64,000 nt of DNA, taken from the NCBI GenBank assembly GCA_002256205.1, contig NKIW01000011.1:10055-74054 (forward strand), written 5' to 3'. This DNA comes from Rhizobiales bacterium PAR1. GTDB lineage: Bacteria; Pseudomonadota; Alphaproteobacteria; Rhizobiales; Beijerinckiaceae. The notes beneath the pieces are model-generated. The model saw only the letters and a list, made by a program, of their open reading frames with translations. It was not told the DNA's origin and did not search any database. Positions 20,012 to 29,946 of this stretch are shown piece by piece; position 1 is the first letter of the stretch, and each line of letters begins with the position of its first letter. The translations under genes and the position numbers were made by a program.

Positions 20012-21417
20012 GACTGTTTTCCCATCTCAATGACGCAGTCGCGCCACGGCCGATCATCCGCTGCCGAGGGCTTGAGTAGTGCCACCAGCGGTGAGACCAT
20101 GCCGGGAAGCGCGGTGCCGGCGTTCTCGGCAAGCTTGGCAATCAGTGTCGCCTCGTCAAAAGGCTGATCCGCGCCGCCGCGTGCATTGAGGCAGGAGGCA
20201 GTATGACGCTCGCCATTCGCCATCACCCAGGTGAGGCGCGCTGCGCGATCATTCGGCCAGGGCTCAAGTTTTTCGAGCGGCTTCAGCGTGACCTTACGCC
20301 GCAGGGCAGAGATGCTGGGATCGACTCGCGCCGCGCTTGAGAAGGCGGCCTGTCCGCCGGTGCCGAGCCGGGCGACCGCTGCCGACGCATGCGGCATGGA
20401 GAATTTGGCGGCAAGCACGGTGGCCGGTTCCACGCCGGTCAGCGTGAGCCCACGCGGATGCGTCTCAACCTCGATGGCGGCAATCTGGTTCCGCGCGTCC
20501 GGCCCGAGGCGGGCATGGAGTTCCAGCGCCGCCTCGATCATCGAATGCGCATACTGGCAGCAGGCGAAAATCTTGTGATAGCCCTGTGCGATGGCCCAGC
20601 GCATGCCGAGCTCGCGGTCGAGTTCATCCGGCTTGCAGGTGGTGCCGAAGCAGACCGCGAAAACATCGTAAGCCGTCTCAGGGATTCCCGCGATACCCGC
20701 CAGCGCCCAATCCACCGCGCGGAAGGCGATGAACCCGTTCGCCGCCGTCCAGGCGTTACGGATCAGCGCGCCATCAATCGCATGGCCATAGGGGCCGGCG
20801 AAGGTCATGCTGGCCGCCCCGGTGATCGCATCGAGAAGCTGGTTTGGTGTGAGCCTTCGCAACAGGCCGATGCCGGCGGTCGCACCAATCGTGGCGTAAG
20901 CGGCATGCGGATGCACGCTCATGGTCGCAAAGGGAAAGGCCTCGGCAAAGCGCGCGGTGATGTCATAGGCAATCGCGAGGGCGCGCAGGGTCTCACCGGT
21001 CGTGGCACCGCTGGCCTCGGATTCCGCGACCAGCGTCGGCCAGATACAGGCGCCGGCGTGACAGGGGGCGAGGCGATACCCCTCATCCAGCTCGCACCAA
21101 GTCGCCGCCATGCCGTTGGCGATGGCCGAACCGACGCGGTTGAGGCGCGGCAAGCCGCTTGCGAAAACGCCCGCCTCGTCACCCGGAAAGGCGCGTGTTT
21201 CAACGGCGCGCGCGGCGATGACTTCCGGCTCGGTCGAGGCCGCTACAGCTGCACCAAGATCATCCATCAGCACGAGGGCCGCGCGGTAGCGGATCGCCTC
21301 GGGCAAGGGCTTGGCGAAGGCGGAAACCGCCCATGAGCAGAGGTTTTCGAGCGCTTGCGCCGAGCGCGCCCGCTCGTCCGCATTCACACCGGGCGCAACG
21401 CTCAGAACCATTTCCAC
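20008..21417 (-). CDS. MmgE/PrpD family protein (copy A)
   Basis: ANGMAATWCELDEGY, HAGAC, YHKIFACCQYAH, AAKFSMP, RGGADQP. Confidence 0.9.
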   Translation of the reverse strand: MEMVLSVAPGVNADERARSAQALENLCSWAVSAFAKPLPEAIRYRAALVLMDDLGAAVAASTEPEVIAARAVETRAFPGDEAGVFASGLPRLNRVGSAIANGMAATWCELDEGYRLAPCHAGACIWPTLVAESEASGATTGETLRALAIAYDITARFAEAFPFATMSVHPHAAYATIGATAGIGLLRRLTPNQLLDAITGAASMTFAGPYGHAIDGALIRNAWTAANGFIAFRAVDWALAGIAGIPETAYDVFAVCFGTTCKPDELDRELGMRWAIAQGYHKIFACCQYAHSMIEAALELHARLGPDARNQIAAIEVETHPRGLTLTGVEPATVLAAKFSMPHASAAVARLGTGGQAAFSSAARVDPSISALRRKVTLKPLEKLEPWPNDRAARLTWVMANGERHTASCLNARGGADQPFDEATLIAKLAENAGTALPGMVSPLVALLKPSAADDRPWRDCVIEMGKQS

Positions 21418-22085
21418 AAATCCGTATTGGCCGAGAGTTCGGCTGCTGCCCCGTCAAAAACAATGCCGCCGGACTTGATGATCACGGCGCGATCGACGAG
21501 TTTCAGCGTCGCGGGGACATTCTGCTCGACGACAATCAGCCCCATGCCAAAGCGCGCATTCACATCGCGCAGGCGGTCCATCACATTGCGCACGATGACC
21601 GGCGCAAGACCGGTCGAGGGTTCGTCGAGCAACAGCCACTTCGGTCGGGTCATGATCGCCATGCCGAGCGCCAGCATCTGCTGTTCGCCACCGGACATCG
21701 AACCCGCGCGCTGGGCGCGGCGCTCATGCAGCACCGGGAAGAGGTTGAACACCTCGGGCAGAAGGTCCGAGCCGAAGGGCAGGCCCGCAATCTTGAGGTT
21801 CTGCTCGACCGAGAGCGTCGGGAAGACATTGTGCCCCTGCGGCACAAAGGCGATGCCCTTCGACACCGTCTCCGGCACATTGCCCTCCGGCAGGGCTTCA
21901 CCGTTCCAGGTGATCGACCCGCCGCTCTTGGCATGCGCGCCGATGATGGAGCGCAGCAGCGTGGTCTTGCCCGCGCCGTTATGGCCGAAAATCCCGACCT
22001 TCGTGCCATCCGGGATCGAGAGCGAGAGATCGCCGATCACGGTGAGAAGGCCATAGCGGGCAACGAGGTTCCTGATTTCCAGCAT
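21402..22085 (-). CDS. livF: LivF-family ABC ATPase
   Basis: GHNGAGKTT, MSGGEQQMLAL, LLDEPSTGLAP. Confidence 0.93.
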   Translation of the reverse strand: MLEIRNLVARYGLLTVIGDLSLSIPDGTKVGIFGHNGAGKTTLLRSIIGAHAKSGGSITWNGEALPEGNVPETVSKGIAFVPQGHNVFPTLSVEQNLKIAGLPFGSDLLPEVFNLFPVLHERRAQRAGSMSGGEQQMLALGMAIMTRPKWLLLDEPSTGLAPVIVRNVMDRLRDVNARFGMGLIVVEQNVPATLKLVDRAVIIKSGGIVFDGAAAELSANTDLWKWF

Positions 22086-22088
22086 GGT

Positions 22089-22847
22089 TCAGGTCCCGAA
22101 ATAGAGTTCAGTGAGTTGCGGATCGGCGATCAGGGTCTCGACCGTGCCGCGCGCCAGCACCTTGCCCGCGAACATGAAGACGCCCTCGTCGCAAAGATCG
22201 CGGATGAAGGCGACGTTATGCTCGACGACGCAGATCGCGACGCCACTCGCGGCGATATCGCGCACGACCTTCTGGATCAGCGCATAGGCCTGCCCCTCAA
22301 CGCCGGCCATCGGCTCATCCAGCAGCAGGCATTGGGCGTCGTTCATCAGCGCGCGGGCGACGCCAACGAGCTTCTGCTGGCCGAAGGTGATATCGCGGAT
22401 CGGCTGATGCGCGATACCCGCCAGACCGGTGCGCTCCAGCACGGCGAAGGCCCGCTCGCGGCTTTCACGCTCGGAGTCGGCAACATGGCCGGGCCGGAAG
22501 ACGACATCGAGCAGGTTGTCGGCGCTATAGGCGCGTGGGCCAAGCATCAGATTGTCGAGCACCGACAGCGAGGAAAAGAGGCGCAAATTCTGCCAGGTCC
22601 GCGCAAGACCCATGCGGGCGCGCTCGCGGATCGGCAGACCGTTGATCTCCTGCCCGACAAGCGTGATCGAACCGGAATCCGGCTTTACCACACCACAGAC
22701 GAGGTTGAAGAACGAGGTCTTCCCGGCACCATTTGGCCCGATCAGGCCGAGCACGCGCCCCTTGGCCAGCGCGAGGTCGATATTGTCGGCGACAACAATG
22801 CCGCCGAAGCGCTTGTTGAGGCCGGAGACTTTGAGCACATCAGCCAT
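22089..22847 (-). CDS. livG: LivG-family ABC ATPase
   Basis: Start ATG 22847; GPNGAGKTS, GLARTWQ, LLDEPMAG. Confidence 0.93.
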   Translation of the reverse strand: MADVLKVSGLNKRFGGIVVADNIDLALAKGRVLGLIGPNGAGKTSFFNLVCGVVKPDSGSITLVGQEINGLPIRERARMGLARTWQNLRLFSSLSVLDNLMLGPRAYSADNLLDVVFRPGHVADSERESRERAFAVLERTGLAGIAHQPIRDITFGQQKLVGVARALMNDAQCLLLDEPMAGVEGQAYALIQKVVRDIAASGVAICVVEHNVAFIRDLCDEGVFMFAGKVLARGTVETLIADPQLTELYFGT

Positions 22848-23730
22848 CCCGGCGCTCCTTGCTGTCACGCCCCGCCCAGATATCGGGCGCAGCGAGAAGG
22901 CCTTGCGGGCGCGCGAACATGAAAACGAGCACAAGGCCGGAGAACATCAGCCCCTGCAACGGTCCGAGAATGCTCGGCGGCAAGCCGAAAAACGTGATCG
23001 CCTGCGGCAGGATCTGGAGAACAATGGCGCCGATCACCGGCCCGAGTGTTGTCCGCATTCCGCCGACCACAACCATCGTGAGGATCGCGGAGGATTGCAA
23101 AAGCCCGAACTGATCCGGCTCAAGAAAGCGGAAATAATGCGCGTAGAGCCCGCCGGCGATGCCCGCGATGCCCGAGCCAATCGCAAAGATTGACACTTTC
23201 ACCCAGATCGCGTTGCGCCCGAGCATGGAGAAGGCGAGTTCGTCATCGCGCATCGCTGCCATCATCCGGCCATAGGGACCGCGCGTCAGCCAGCGTACGA
23301 AGAGCACCGTCAGCAAGGCAATCGCCAGCACGAGAAGCACGTAGCTCACTCGGCCATAAGTGTTGACAAGGAACGGCGGGATATTCGTGAGCCCACCCGC
23401 GCCACCGATGCTGTGAATATGCTTGGCGAACTCAATAAGCCCTAATTGAAAGCCGATGCTGGCGATCAGGAGATAATCGCCCGAAACCCGCAGCGAAGGC
23501 AGCGCCACCAGTACCGAGGCAGCAAAAGCCGCCGCTCCACCCGCCAGCATCGCGAGAGGGATCGGCATGCCGCCTTCTTTCGCAAGCATCGCCGAGACAT
23601 AGGCACCGATGGCGTAGAAGATCGGATGGGCGATGGAGATCAGCCCGCAATGCCCGATCACGAGATCGAAGCTTGAGGCGAGGATCACGAAAAGGCCGAT
23701 CAGGATCAGAATGGTGTAGACATAATCCAT
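22840..23730 (-). CDS. livM: LivM-family ABC permease
   Basis: GHCGLISIAH, LRVSGDYL, GRMMAAMRDDE, VVGGMRTTLGP. Confidence 0.92.
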   Translation of the reverse strand: MDYVYTILILIGLFVILASSFDLVIGHCGLISIAHPIFYAIGAYVSAMLAKEGGMPIPLAMLAGGAAAFAASVLVALPSLRVSGDYLLIASIGFQLGLIEFAKHIHSIGGAGGLTNIPPFLVNTYGRVSYVLLVLAIALLTVLFVRWLTRGPYGRMMAAMRDDELAFSMLGRNAIWVKVSIFAIGSGIAGIAGGLYAHYFRFLEPDQFGLLQSSAILTMVVVGGMRTTLGPVIGAIVLQILPQAITFFGLPPSILGPLQGLMFSGLVLVFMFARPQGLLAAPDIWAGRDSKERRDG

Positions 23731-23733
23731 TGC

Positions 23734-24672
23734 TCAGCCCCCCTTCCCGTCCGCCGCGATCACGGGCGCGGCGACGGTGCGTTTGAGAGCCTTGCTGCGC
23801 TCGGGCAGGCGGAACCCACTCGGAAACAGCACGATGGCGAAGAACAGGAAAGCGTAGAGCAGGAACCCCTGCCAGGCCGAGGGGATGAACAGGATCGAGC
23901 TGTTCTGCACCACGCCGAGGACAACCGCAGCCAGTGCCGCACCCCAGAGATTGCCGATGCCGCCGAGAATGGTCGCGGCCACCGCGAAGAGCATGAGCTC
24001 GGTCGCCGCCGCTGGCTGAACCTGCGCGCGGGTGCCATAGAGAAACATGCCGACGCCGCAGATGAGCCCCGCGATCAGCATCGAAACCATCAGCACGCGG
24101 TCCTTGCGGATGCCATAGAGTTCCGCAAGATCGGCGTTATCCGCCACTGCGATCATGAACTGGCCATAGCGCGTGAAGCGCAGGAAGGCCCAGAGGCCAC
24201 TAAGCACAGCGACGGTCGCGAGGATCGCGGGGATATCCCAGGCGCTCACAGCAACATCGGCGACCAACGTCACCGGCCAGAACATCGAGGCGAAGATCGT
24301 CGTTGGCCAGGTGCCGAAGATCATCGTCATCGCGTAGGTGATGAACTGCGAAGCGACGAGCGTGAAGATGAAGACGAACATCGGCGAGGCCTTGCGGTGC
24401 CGCAGCACGGAAAAGCCGAAGCGTTCGAGCACGAAGGCCATAGCGGCACCGCCTGCCAAAGCCGCGATAAAACCTGCCGGTCCCGGCAGACCAACAACAC
24501 GCACGGCAACATAAGCCGCATAAAATCCGCAGGTCATCATGCCAGCTTGGGCAAAATTGAAGACCTTGTTGACCTTCAGAACCAGCGCGAACGCCAGTGC
24601 GAACAGCACGAAGTAACTGGAGGTCGCAAGCGACGTCCAGAGAATCTGGCTGATCACGGTAGCGTTCAACAT
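23734..24672 (-). CDS. livH: LivH-family ABC permease
   Basis: VFNFAQAG, TRYGQFMIAVADN, ILGGIGNLWG. Confidence 0.92.
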   Translation of the reverse strand: MLNATVISQILWTSLATSSYFVLFALAFALVLKVNKVFNFAQAGMMTCGFYAAYVAVRVVGLPGPAGFIAALAGGAAMAFVLERFGFSVLRHRKASPMFVFIFTLVASQFITYAMTMIFGTWPTTIFASMFWPVTLVADVAVSAWDIPAILATVAVLSGLWAFLRFTRYGQFMIAVADNADLAELYGIRKDRVLMVSMLIAGLICGVGMFLYGTRAQVQPAAATELMLFAVAATILGGIGNLWGAALAAVVLGVVQNSSILFIPSAWQGFLLYAFLFFAIVLFPSGFRLPERSKALKRTVAAPVIAADGKGG

Positions 24673-24699
24673 GGTGGGTTATCCTTGGTCAGACGCGAA

Positions 24700-24722
24700 C
24701 CGGAGGGCGGAAGGCCCTCCGG
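24700..24722 (-). terminator. Intercistronic hairpin after the SBP gene
   Basis: CCGGAGGGC-ggaag-GCCCTCCGG. Confidence 0.55.
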
Positions 24723-24749
24723 CTTTGCTGCGTTACAGAGTACGCCCGC

Positions 24750-25919
24750 TCACTTGTTGACGACGGCCTTGCCGGTCCATTTGCCGCCCTTTACCTCGAC
24801 GAGGTAGACGGGCTTGTTGACGGTGTGATCATCCGCAAAGGTCACCTTGCCGGTCAGCGGCAGATCAAAGGTCTTGATCGTCAGCATCTCTTTACGGAAA
24901 TTCTCGCCGGTGATCGGGGTGCCCTTCTTGTCGAGCGAAGCGAATACCGCCGCCACGAGATAGGGCGAGTCATAGAGATACTGCGTATAGGGGAGGCCGT
25001 TCGGCGGGCGACCCACTTCCTTCACCCAGCGCTCGACGTAGGTCTTCACAGCGGGGGAATCCTCAACGCCCGGCGCGAGCGAGGTTGCGATCACGCCTTC
25101 TGCTGCCGCACCGAGCTGTTCGATGAGCTTGGGGTTGTAGATGCCCGAATAGGAAGTAATCGGCACGGTGATGCCAAGCTGGCGCGCCTGAGCGATCACC
25201 TGCGGTGATTCCGAGACAAGGCCCTGAAGGTGGATGATCTCGGGGTTCGACGCACGGATCTTGAGCAGCGGACCGGTAAAGTCGGTGGCCTTCTGGTCAT
25301 AGGCCTCATAGGCCACGACCTGCCCGCCCGACTTGGTGAAGGTATCGCGATAGACCTCCGCCGAACCAATACCGGTCTCGTTGTTGATGAAGAGCACGGC
25401 GGCCTTCTTCTTGCCCATCTCCTTGGCGGAATAGGCCGCGACAGCGCGGATATCGACGTCCGCCAGCGGGAAGGTCGTGTAGACATAATCGCCGAGCTTG
25501 GCGATATCCGGCGCATTCGCCCCAACCGAGAGTTCGACAATCTTGTTGTCGTTGGCGATCGGCGCAACGGCCTTCACAACCCCCGACCACGCGGTGATGA
25601 ACACCGGCGTCTTGTCTACGCTGATCATGCGGTTGACCGCCTGAATGCCGACCTGCGGATCGGCCTGCGTATCGAGGACGACCATCTCGAACTTCTTGCC
25701 GTTGATGCCGCCTGCCTTGTTGATCTCGTCCACCGCCCACTGAGCAGCCTTGACCTGATCATTGCCGTAAAGCGCCTGTCCGCCAGTCAGCGGCATGGCG
25801 AGGCCAAACTTCAGCGAGGCCTGCTGCGCGAGCGCAAGGCCCGAGGTGGCGGAAAGAAGCACGAGGGCAAGCGCCGTCCTGCGTCCGATGGAAAGTCCCG
25901 TCATGGTCCTGTTGGTCAT
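24750..25919 (-). CDS. LivK-family ABC substrate-binding protein
   Basis: GRRTALAL signal; INKAGGINGKKFEMVVLDTQAD; DFTGPLLKI. Confidence 0.92.
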   Translation of the reverse strand: MTNRTMTGLSIGRRTALALVLLSATSGLALAQQASLKFGLAMPLTGGQALYGNDQVKAAQWAVDEINKAGGINGKKFEMVVLDTQADPQVGIQAVNRMISVDKTPVFITAWSGVVKAVAPIANDNKIVELSVGANAPDIAKLGDYVYTTFPLADVDIRAVAAYSAKEMGKKKAAVLFINNETGIGSAEVYRDTFTKSGGQVVAYEAYDQKATDFTGPLLKIRASNPEIIHLQGLVSESPQVIAQARQLGITVPITSYSGIYNPKLIEQLGAAAEGVIATSLAPGVEDSPAVKTYVERWVKEVGRPPNGLPYTQYLYDSPYLVAAVFASLDKKGTPITGENFRKEMLTIKTFDLPLTGKVTFADDHTVNKPVYLVEVKGGKWTGKAVVNK

Positions 25920-25940
25920 GTCTGCACTCCCGTTATTGGT

Positions 25941-26642
25941 TCAGGTTGTTTTGGGGATCGATTTCAGGGCCGAAAGGATGTCGTCGGTCGGCATGACATC
26001 CGCATATTTCTCCGACATGTCGAAAAGGTTCACCGCATGCGAGACCTCCGAGCGGTCGAACACCGCATCCTGAGGCACCATCACTCGGAAATTATAGGCA
26101 AAACCGTCGACCACCGTGCCGCGCACGCATCCAGATGTAGAGCAACCGGTGACAATCAAGGTGTCCGCCCCCGTGTTGATCAGGTAGCTCGCAAGTGGCG
26201 TGCCGAAAAACGCGCTCGGATGCTTCTTGGGAACGAGAATGTCCTTCTCTGAAGGTGCTATCTCGGCCACGAACTCGTAGCCTTTTGCGGCAACACCCAT
26301 GATCGCCGGCACCTTGTCCGAGAGGCGCCCCGCGTCAAAAGTCTGCTTGGGCGAAACGTAAGGGTAAAGCACCGGCCAGCCATTCTCGCGGAAGACCGCC
26401 AGAAGCCGCGCGATATTACCAACAGCATCCCACGCGACCTCACCGCAGGAGGTCGGGAATTCTTTGATCGCTTCCCAGAACGGGCGGCGCTCGGTGCCGA
26501 CAGTGCGATATTGTACGTCGATGATCAGCAGTGCTGGCTTCTTGCCAAAACCGGTCGGACGACCAAATCCGGCAGCGCGATAGGCCTTCTGCTCGTTTTC
26601 GGAAATCAGGTGATCCCAGGGACGTTTGGGGGGCGTGCTCAT
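25941..26642 (-). CDS. Isochorismatase-family cysteine hydrolase (maleamate/N-carbamoylsarcosine amidase-like)
   Basis: Start ATG 26642; Asp-Lys-Cys triad in IIDVQ, KKHPSAFFGT, GCSTSGCVRGT. Confidence 0.9.
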   Translation of the reverse strand: MSTPPKRPWDHLISENEQKAYRAAGFGRPTGFGKKPALLIIDVQYRTVGTERRPFWEAIKEFPTSCGEVAWDAVGNIARLLAVFRENGWPVLYPYVSPKQTFDAGRLSDKVPAIMGVAAKGYEFVAEIAPSEKDILVPKKHPSAFFGTPLASYLINTGADTLIVTGCSTSGCVRGTVVDGFAYNFRVMVPQDAVFDRSEVSHAVNLFDMSEKYADVMPTDDILSALKSIPKTT

Positions 26643-26652
26643 GGGGGGCTCC

Positions 26653-27516
26653 TCAGACCTTGTATTTCGCTTCAAGCGCATCCCAGCGCGGCTTGGCGAC
26701 CGCGTTCTGGCGCTCCTCGAAGGAGGCAAGCTTATCGGCCACGCGGTCGAGCGAACCATGCTCCTTGAGCGAGGATAGCACCTCGAAAGAAGCACGCAGC
26801 GCCGCCTGCAAGGCCGCATTGGCATAGAGCACGCCCGCGAAACCCATCTCGGCGAGTCGCGCACGGCCGGGGTCCGGCGTCTTGCCGCCGAAGACGATGT
26901 TGGCGATCTGCGGCACCGGGAGTTCCTTCGCGATGCGCACCATCTCGTCAAATGAGGTCGGCGCCTCGACAAAAGTCGCCGTCGCGCCCGCCTCGATGAA
27001 CGCATGGGCGCGGTCGATTGCGGCATCAAGCCCCTCGATCGCCCGGGCATCGGTCCGCGCGACGATCTGGAAATCCGCATCGCCACGCGCATCGACGGCT
27101 GCCTTGATCTTGGCGATCATTTCGGAGAGTGGAATGACTTCCTTGCCGTTGAAGTGGCCGCATTTCTTCGGGAAAACCTGATCCTCGATCTGGATGCCCG
27201 CGGCCCCTGCCCGCTCCAGCACTTTCACCGTGCGCGTCATGTTCACAGCATTGCCGAAACCGGTATCGGCATCGACAAGCATCGGCAGGTTGATGGCGTC
27301 CGCCGTTGCCGCCGTGACATTGGCAATTTCGGTGAGGGTTGTGAGGCCAATATCCGGCGCGCCGAGGTGCATGTTGGCGATGCCCGCGCCAGTTAGGTAG
27401 CAGACCTCAAAGCCCAATTCCTCGATCACGCGCGCAAACATCGCGTTGGCCGCACCGGGAAAGGTGATGCCCCGACGCGCGCCAAGCAGCGTCTTGAGCC
27501 GGGTGGTCGTCCTCAT
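26653..27516 (-). CDS. Isocitrate lyase/PEP mutase superfamily C-C lyase (PrpB/2,3-dimethylmalate lyase-like)
   Basis: DADTGFG, IEDQVFPKKCGH (catalytic Cys loop), ARTDA, FVEAP. Confidence 0.92.
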   Translation of the reverse strand: MRTTTRLKTLLGARRGITFPGAANAMFARVIEELGFEVCYLTGAGIANMHLGAPDIGLTTLTEIANVTAATADAINLPMLVDADTGFGNAVNMTRTVKVLERAGAAGIQIEDQVFPKKCGHFNGKEVIPLSEMIAKIKAAVDARGDADFQIVARTDARAIEGLDAAIDRAHAFIEAGATATFVEAPTSFDEMVRIAKELPVPQIANIVFGGKTPDPGRARLAEMGFAGVLYANAALQAALRASFEVLSSLKEHGSLDRVADKLASFEERQNAVAKPRWDALEAKYKV

Positions 27517-28202
27517 ATGCGCGGCTCCGACGTGCTGGTTTGGGTGCGGAAGGTGGTTTGAGTATTACGCCACGAAGAGCGGATATGTGCCCGCATCGCT
27601 TCTTCGGCGCGCGCGGGATCACGACTGCGCAGCGCTTCGACAATCGCGCGGTGCTCGTTGCGCGCCTCGATGGCGCGGCCCGGCGTGAGGCTGGAACGGA
27701 AGCGGTAGAGCCGCATCACGTCGTAGAGCTCGTCCGAAAGCGCCCGGAACAGGCGCTGGTTGTGGCTCGCGCGGGCAATACCGAAATGGAAATCCTGATC
27801 GCCGCCCGGTTGGTAATACGACTGCCCCGAGGCCACTTCAGGCCGCACCGCATGACCGCGCAGGCTCTCCTCGAGCACCACAAGCTCCGCATCGGTGATC
27901 CGCTCGGCGGCAAGACGGCAAGCCATGCCCTCCATCGCCTCGCGCAATTCGAAGAGGCTCCTGAGATCATCGAGCGTGAGATCCACGACTCGGGCGCCGA
28001 AATGCGCAACGCGCGTCGCAAGGCCCTTGGCCTCAAGGCGAAAAATTGCCTCGCGCGCCGGGCCGCGACTAACCCCGAACCTCAGCGCGATCTCGTTCTC
28101 GCTGATCGGGCTGCCGGCCTCGATCTCACCAACGACAATGGCTTCCACCACACGGGCGAAAACCTGATCGGCGAGGGTCTGGCGGGTGACGCTGTCTCTC
28201 AT
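27513..28202 (-). CDS. GntR/FCD-family transcriptional regulator
   Basis: Start ATG 28202; GVSRGPAREAIFRLEAKGL wHTH; DQDFHFGIA, EHRAIVEAL, AMRAHI FCD motifs. Confidence 0.93.
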   Translation of the reverse strand: MRDSVTRQTLADQVFARVVEAIVVGEIEAGSPISENEIALRFGVSRGPAREAIFRLEAKGLATRVAHFGARVVDLTLDDLRSLFELREAMEGMACRLAAERITDAELVVLEESLRGHAVRPEVASGQSYYQPGGDQDFHFGIARASHNQRLFRALSDELYDVMRLYRFRSSLTPGRAIEARNEHRAIVEALRSRDPARAEEAMRAHIRSSWRNTQTTFRTQTSTSEPRI

Positions 28203-28209
28203 GTCGTAA

Positions 28210-28237
28210 ACTGTAGACAGTATGCGATTTGTGTCAA
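28210..28237 (-). promoter_or_regulatory. Sigma70-type promoter with an overlapping palindromic GntR-type operator
   Basis: Minus strand TTGACA (28237-28232), 16 nt, TACAGT (28215-28210). The palindrome ACTGT-AG-ACAGT (28210-28221) overlaps the -10. Confidence 0.6.
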
Positions 28238-28392
28238 CGGCCCTGATGCGCCTTTTGAACGCACGTTCAAAGACTGGGTTCGGGAACCGGTTTGGCTGAG
28301 CAAAGCGCATCAGGACGACGGCACGCGGGGTCGATTGCCAGTAGCAAGACAGCCGGGGGAAATATGCGTCCGGGAGGTATTCCAGCGAGAAA

Positions 28393-28425
28393 ATCCCGGC
28401 GCAGCGTAGCGTACCGCGCCGGGAT
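28393..28425 (-). terminator. Hairpin downstream of tctA
   Basis: ATCCCGGCGC-13nt-GCGCCGGGAT, followed on the minus strand by TTTCTC. Confidence 0.6.
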
Positions 28426-28437
28426 GTGAGGCGATCC

Positions 28438-29937
28438 TCAGTCTTCGTTCGCCTTGAACTTGTTCAAACCGCCCGCCACATAGGGTGCGATGAGCGCGAG
28501 GAAGGCGACACCGAGCAGCGTCGCGGCAATCGGGCTTTGCACCAGCACGAGCGGATCGCCAATGCTGATCTGAAGCGCGCGGCGGAACTGGCTTTCGGCC
28601 ATCGGCCCGAGGATCAGCCCCACGACCATCGGCGCGACAGGATAGTCATAGCGCCGCATCAGGAAGCCGATGATGCCGAAACCGAGCAGCATCAGGAGTT
28701 CAGCAATCGAGCCCTTGGTCGCGATCGACCCCATCGCGGCGAACATCAGGATGCCGGCATAGAGCCACGGTGTCGGGATTTTCAGCAGCTTCACCCAAAT
28801 GCCAACCAGCGGCAGGTTCAGCACCACGAGCATCGCGTTGGCGATGAAGAGGCTGGCGATGAGGCCCCAGACGAGATCAGGCTTCTCCGCGAACAACAGT
28901 GGGCCGGGGTTGAGTCCGAACTGCTGGAAGCCCGCAAGCATGATGGCCGCGGTCGCCGAGGTTGGCAAGCCGAGCGAGAGCAGCGGCACCAGCGTACCGG
29001 CCACCGAGGCATTGTTGGCCGCCTCAGGCCCCGCGACGCCTTCAATCGCGCCAATGGTGTCCCATTCCTCGGGGTGCTTCGAGAGCCGTTTCTCGGTCGA
29101 ATACGACAGGAAGGTTGGGATTTCCGCACCGCCCGCTGGCAGCGCGCCAATCGGGAAGCCATACATGGTGCCGCGCAGCCACGGCTTCCACGAACGCTTC
29201 CAGTCCTCCTTCGACATCCAGAGCGAGCCGGTCATCTGCATGACTTCCTCGGCAACCCGGTGACGCGAGACAACAAACATCGCTTCGCCAATGGCAAAGA
29301 GTCCCACCGCCAACGTCGTGACTTCCACGCCGTCGAGCAGTTCCGGCAGGCCGAACGTCAGTCGAGACTGGCCCGTCAGTTTGTCAATGCCGATGAGACC
29401 GAAGGCGAGACCGCAAAACAGACTGATGAGCCCCTTGAGCGGCGAATCACCGAAGGTCGCCGAGACGGTGATGAAGGCCACCACCATCAGCGCGAAGTAA
29501 TCCTCCGGGCCGAATTGCACCGCGAACTTCACCATCCACGGCGCCAGAAATGCGATGCCCGCCGTCGCGATAAAACCGGCGATGAAGGAGCCGATGGCCG
29601 AGGTCGCAAGCGCAGGCCCGGCGCGGCCGCTTTTGGCCATCAGGTTGCCTTGCAAGGCCGTCGCCATCGAGGCGCTTTCGCCCGGCGTGTTGATGAGGAT
29701 CGAGGTCGTCGAGCCGCCGTACATCGCGCCGTAGTAGATGCCGGCGAACATGATCAGTGAGCCAGAGGGGTCAAGCTTGAAGGTGATCGGCAGAAGAAGC
29801 GCCACCGTTACCGCCGGGCCGATACCCGGTAACACACCAACCGCCGTACCAAGCAGCACGCCGACAGAAGCATAAAGGAGGTTTGCCGCCGTCATTGCGA
29901 CGGTGAAACCCGACATCAAGGCATAAAAGGATTCCAT
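28438..29937 (-). CDS. tctA: Tripartite tricarboxylate transporter large permease
   Basis: [37 protein letters not shown]. Confidence 0.95.
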   Translation of the reverse strand: MESFYALMSGFTVAMTAANLLYASVGVLLGTAVGVLPGIGPAVTVALLLPITFKLDPSGSLIMFAGIYYGAMYGGSTTSILINTPGESASMATALQGNLMAKSGRAGPALATSAIGSFIAGFIATAGIAFLAPWMVKFAVQFGPEDYFALMVVAFITVSATFGDSPLKGLISLFCGLAFGLIGIDKLTGQSRLTFGLPELLDGVEVTTLAVGLFAIGEAMFVVSRHRVAEEVMQMTGSLWMSKEDWKRSWKPWLRGTMYGFPIGALPAGGAEIPTFLSYSTEKRLSKHPEEWDTIGAIEGVAGPEAANNASVAGTLVPLLSLGLPTSATAAIMLAGFQQFGLNPGPLLFAEKPDLVWGLIASLFIANAMLVVLNLPLVGIWVKLLKIPTPWLYAGILMFAAMGSIATKGSIAELLMLLGFGIIGFLMRRYDYPVAPMVVGLILGPMAESQFRRALQISIGDPLVLVQSPIAATLLGVAFLALIAPYVAGGLNKFKANED

Positions 29938-29946
29938 CGCCGCACC

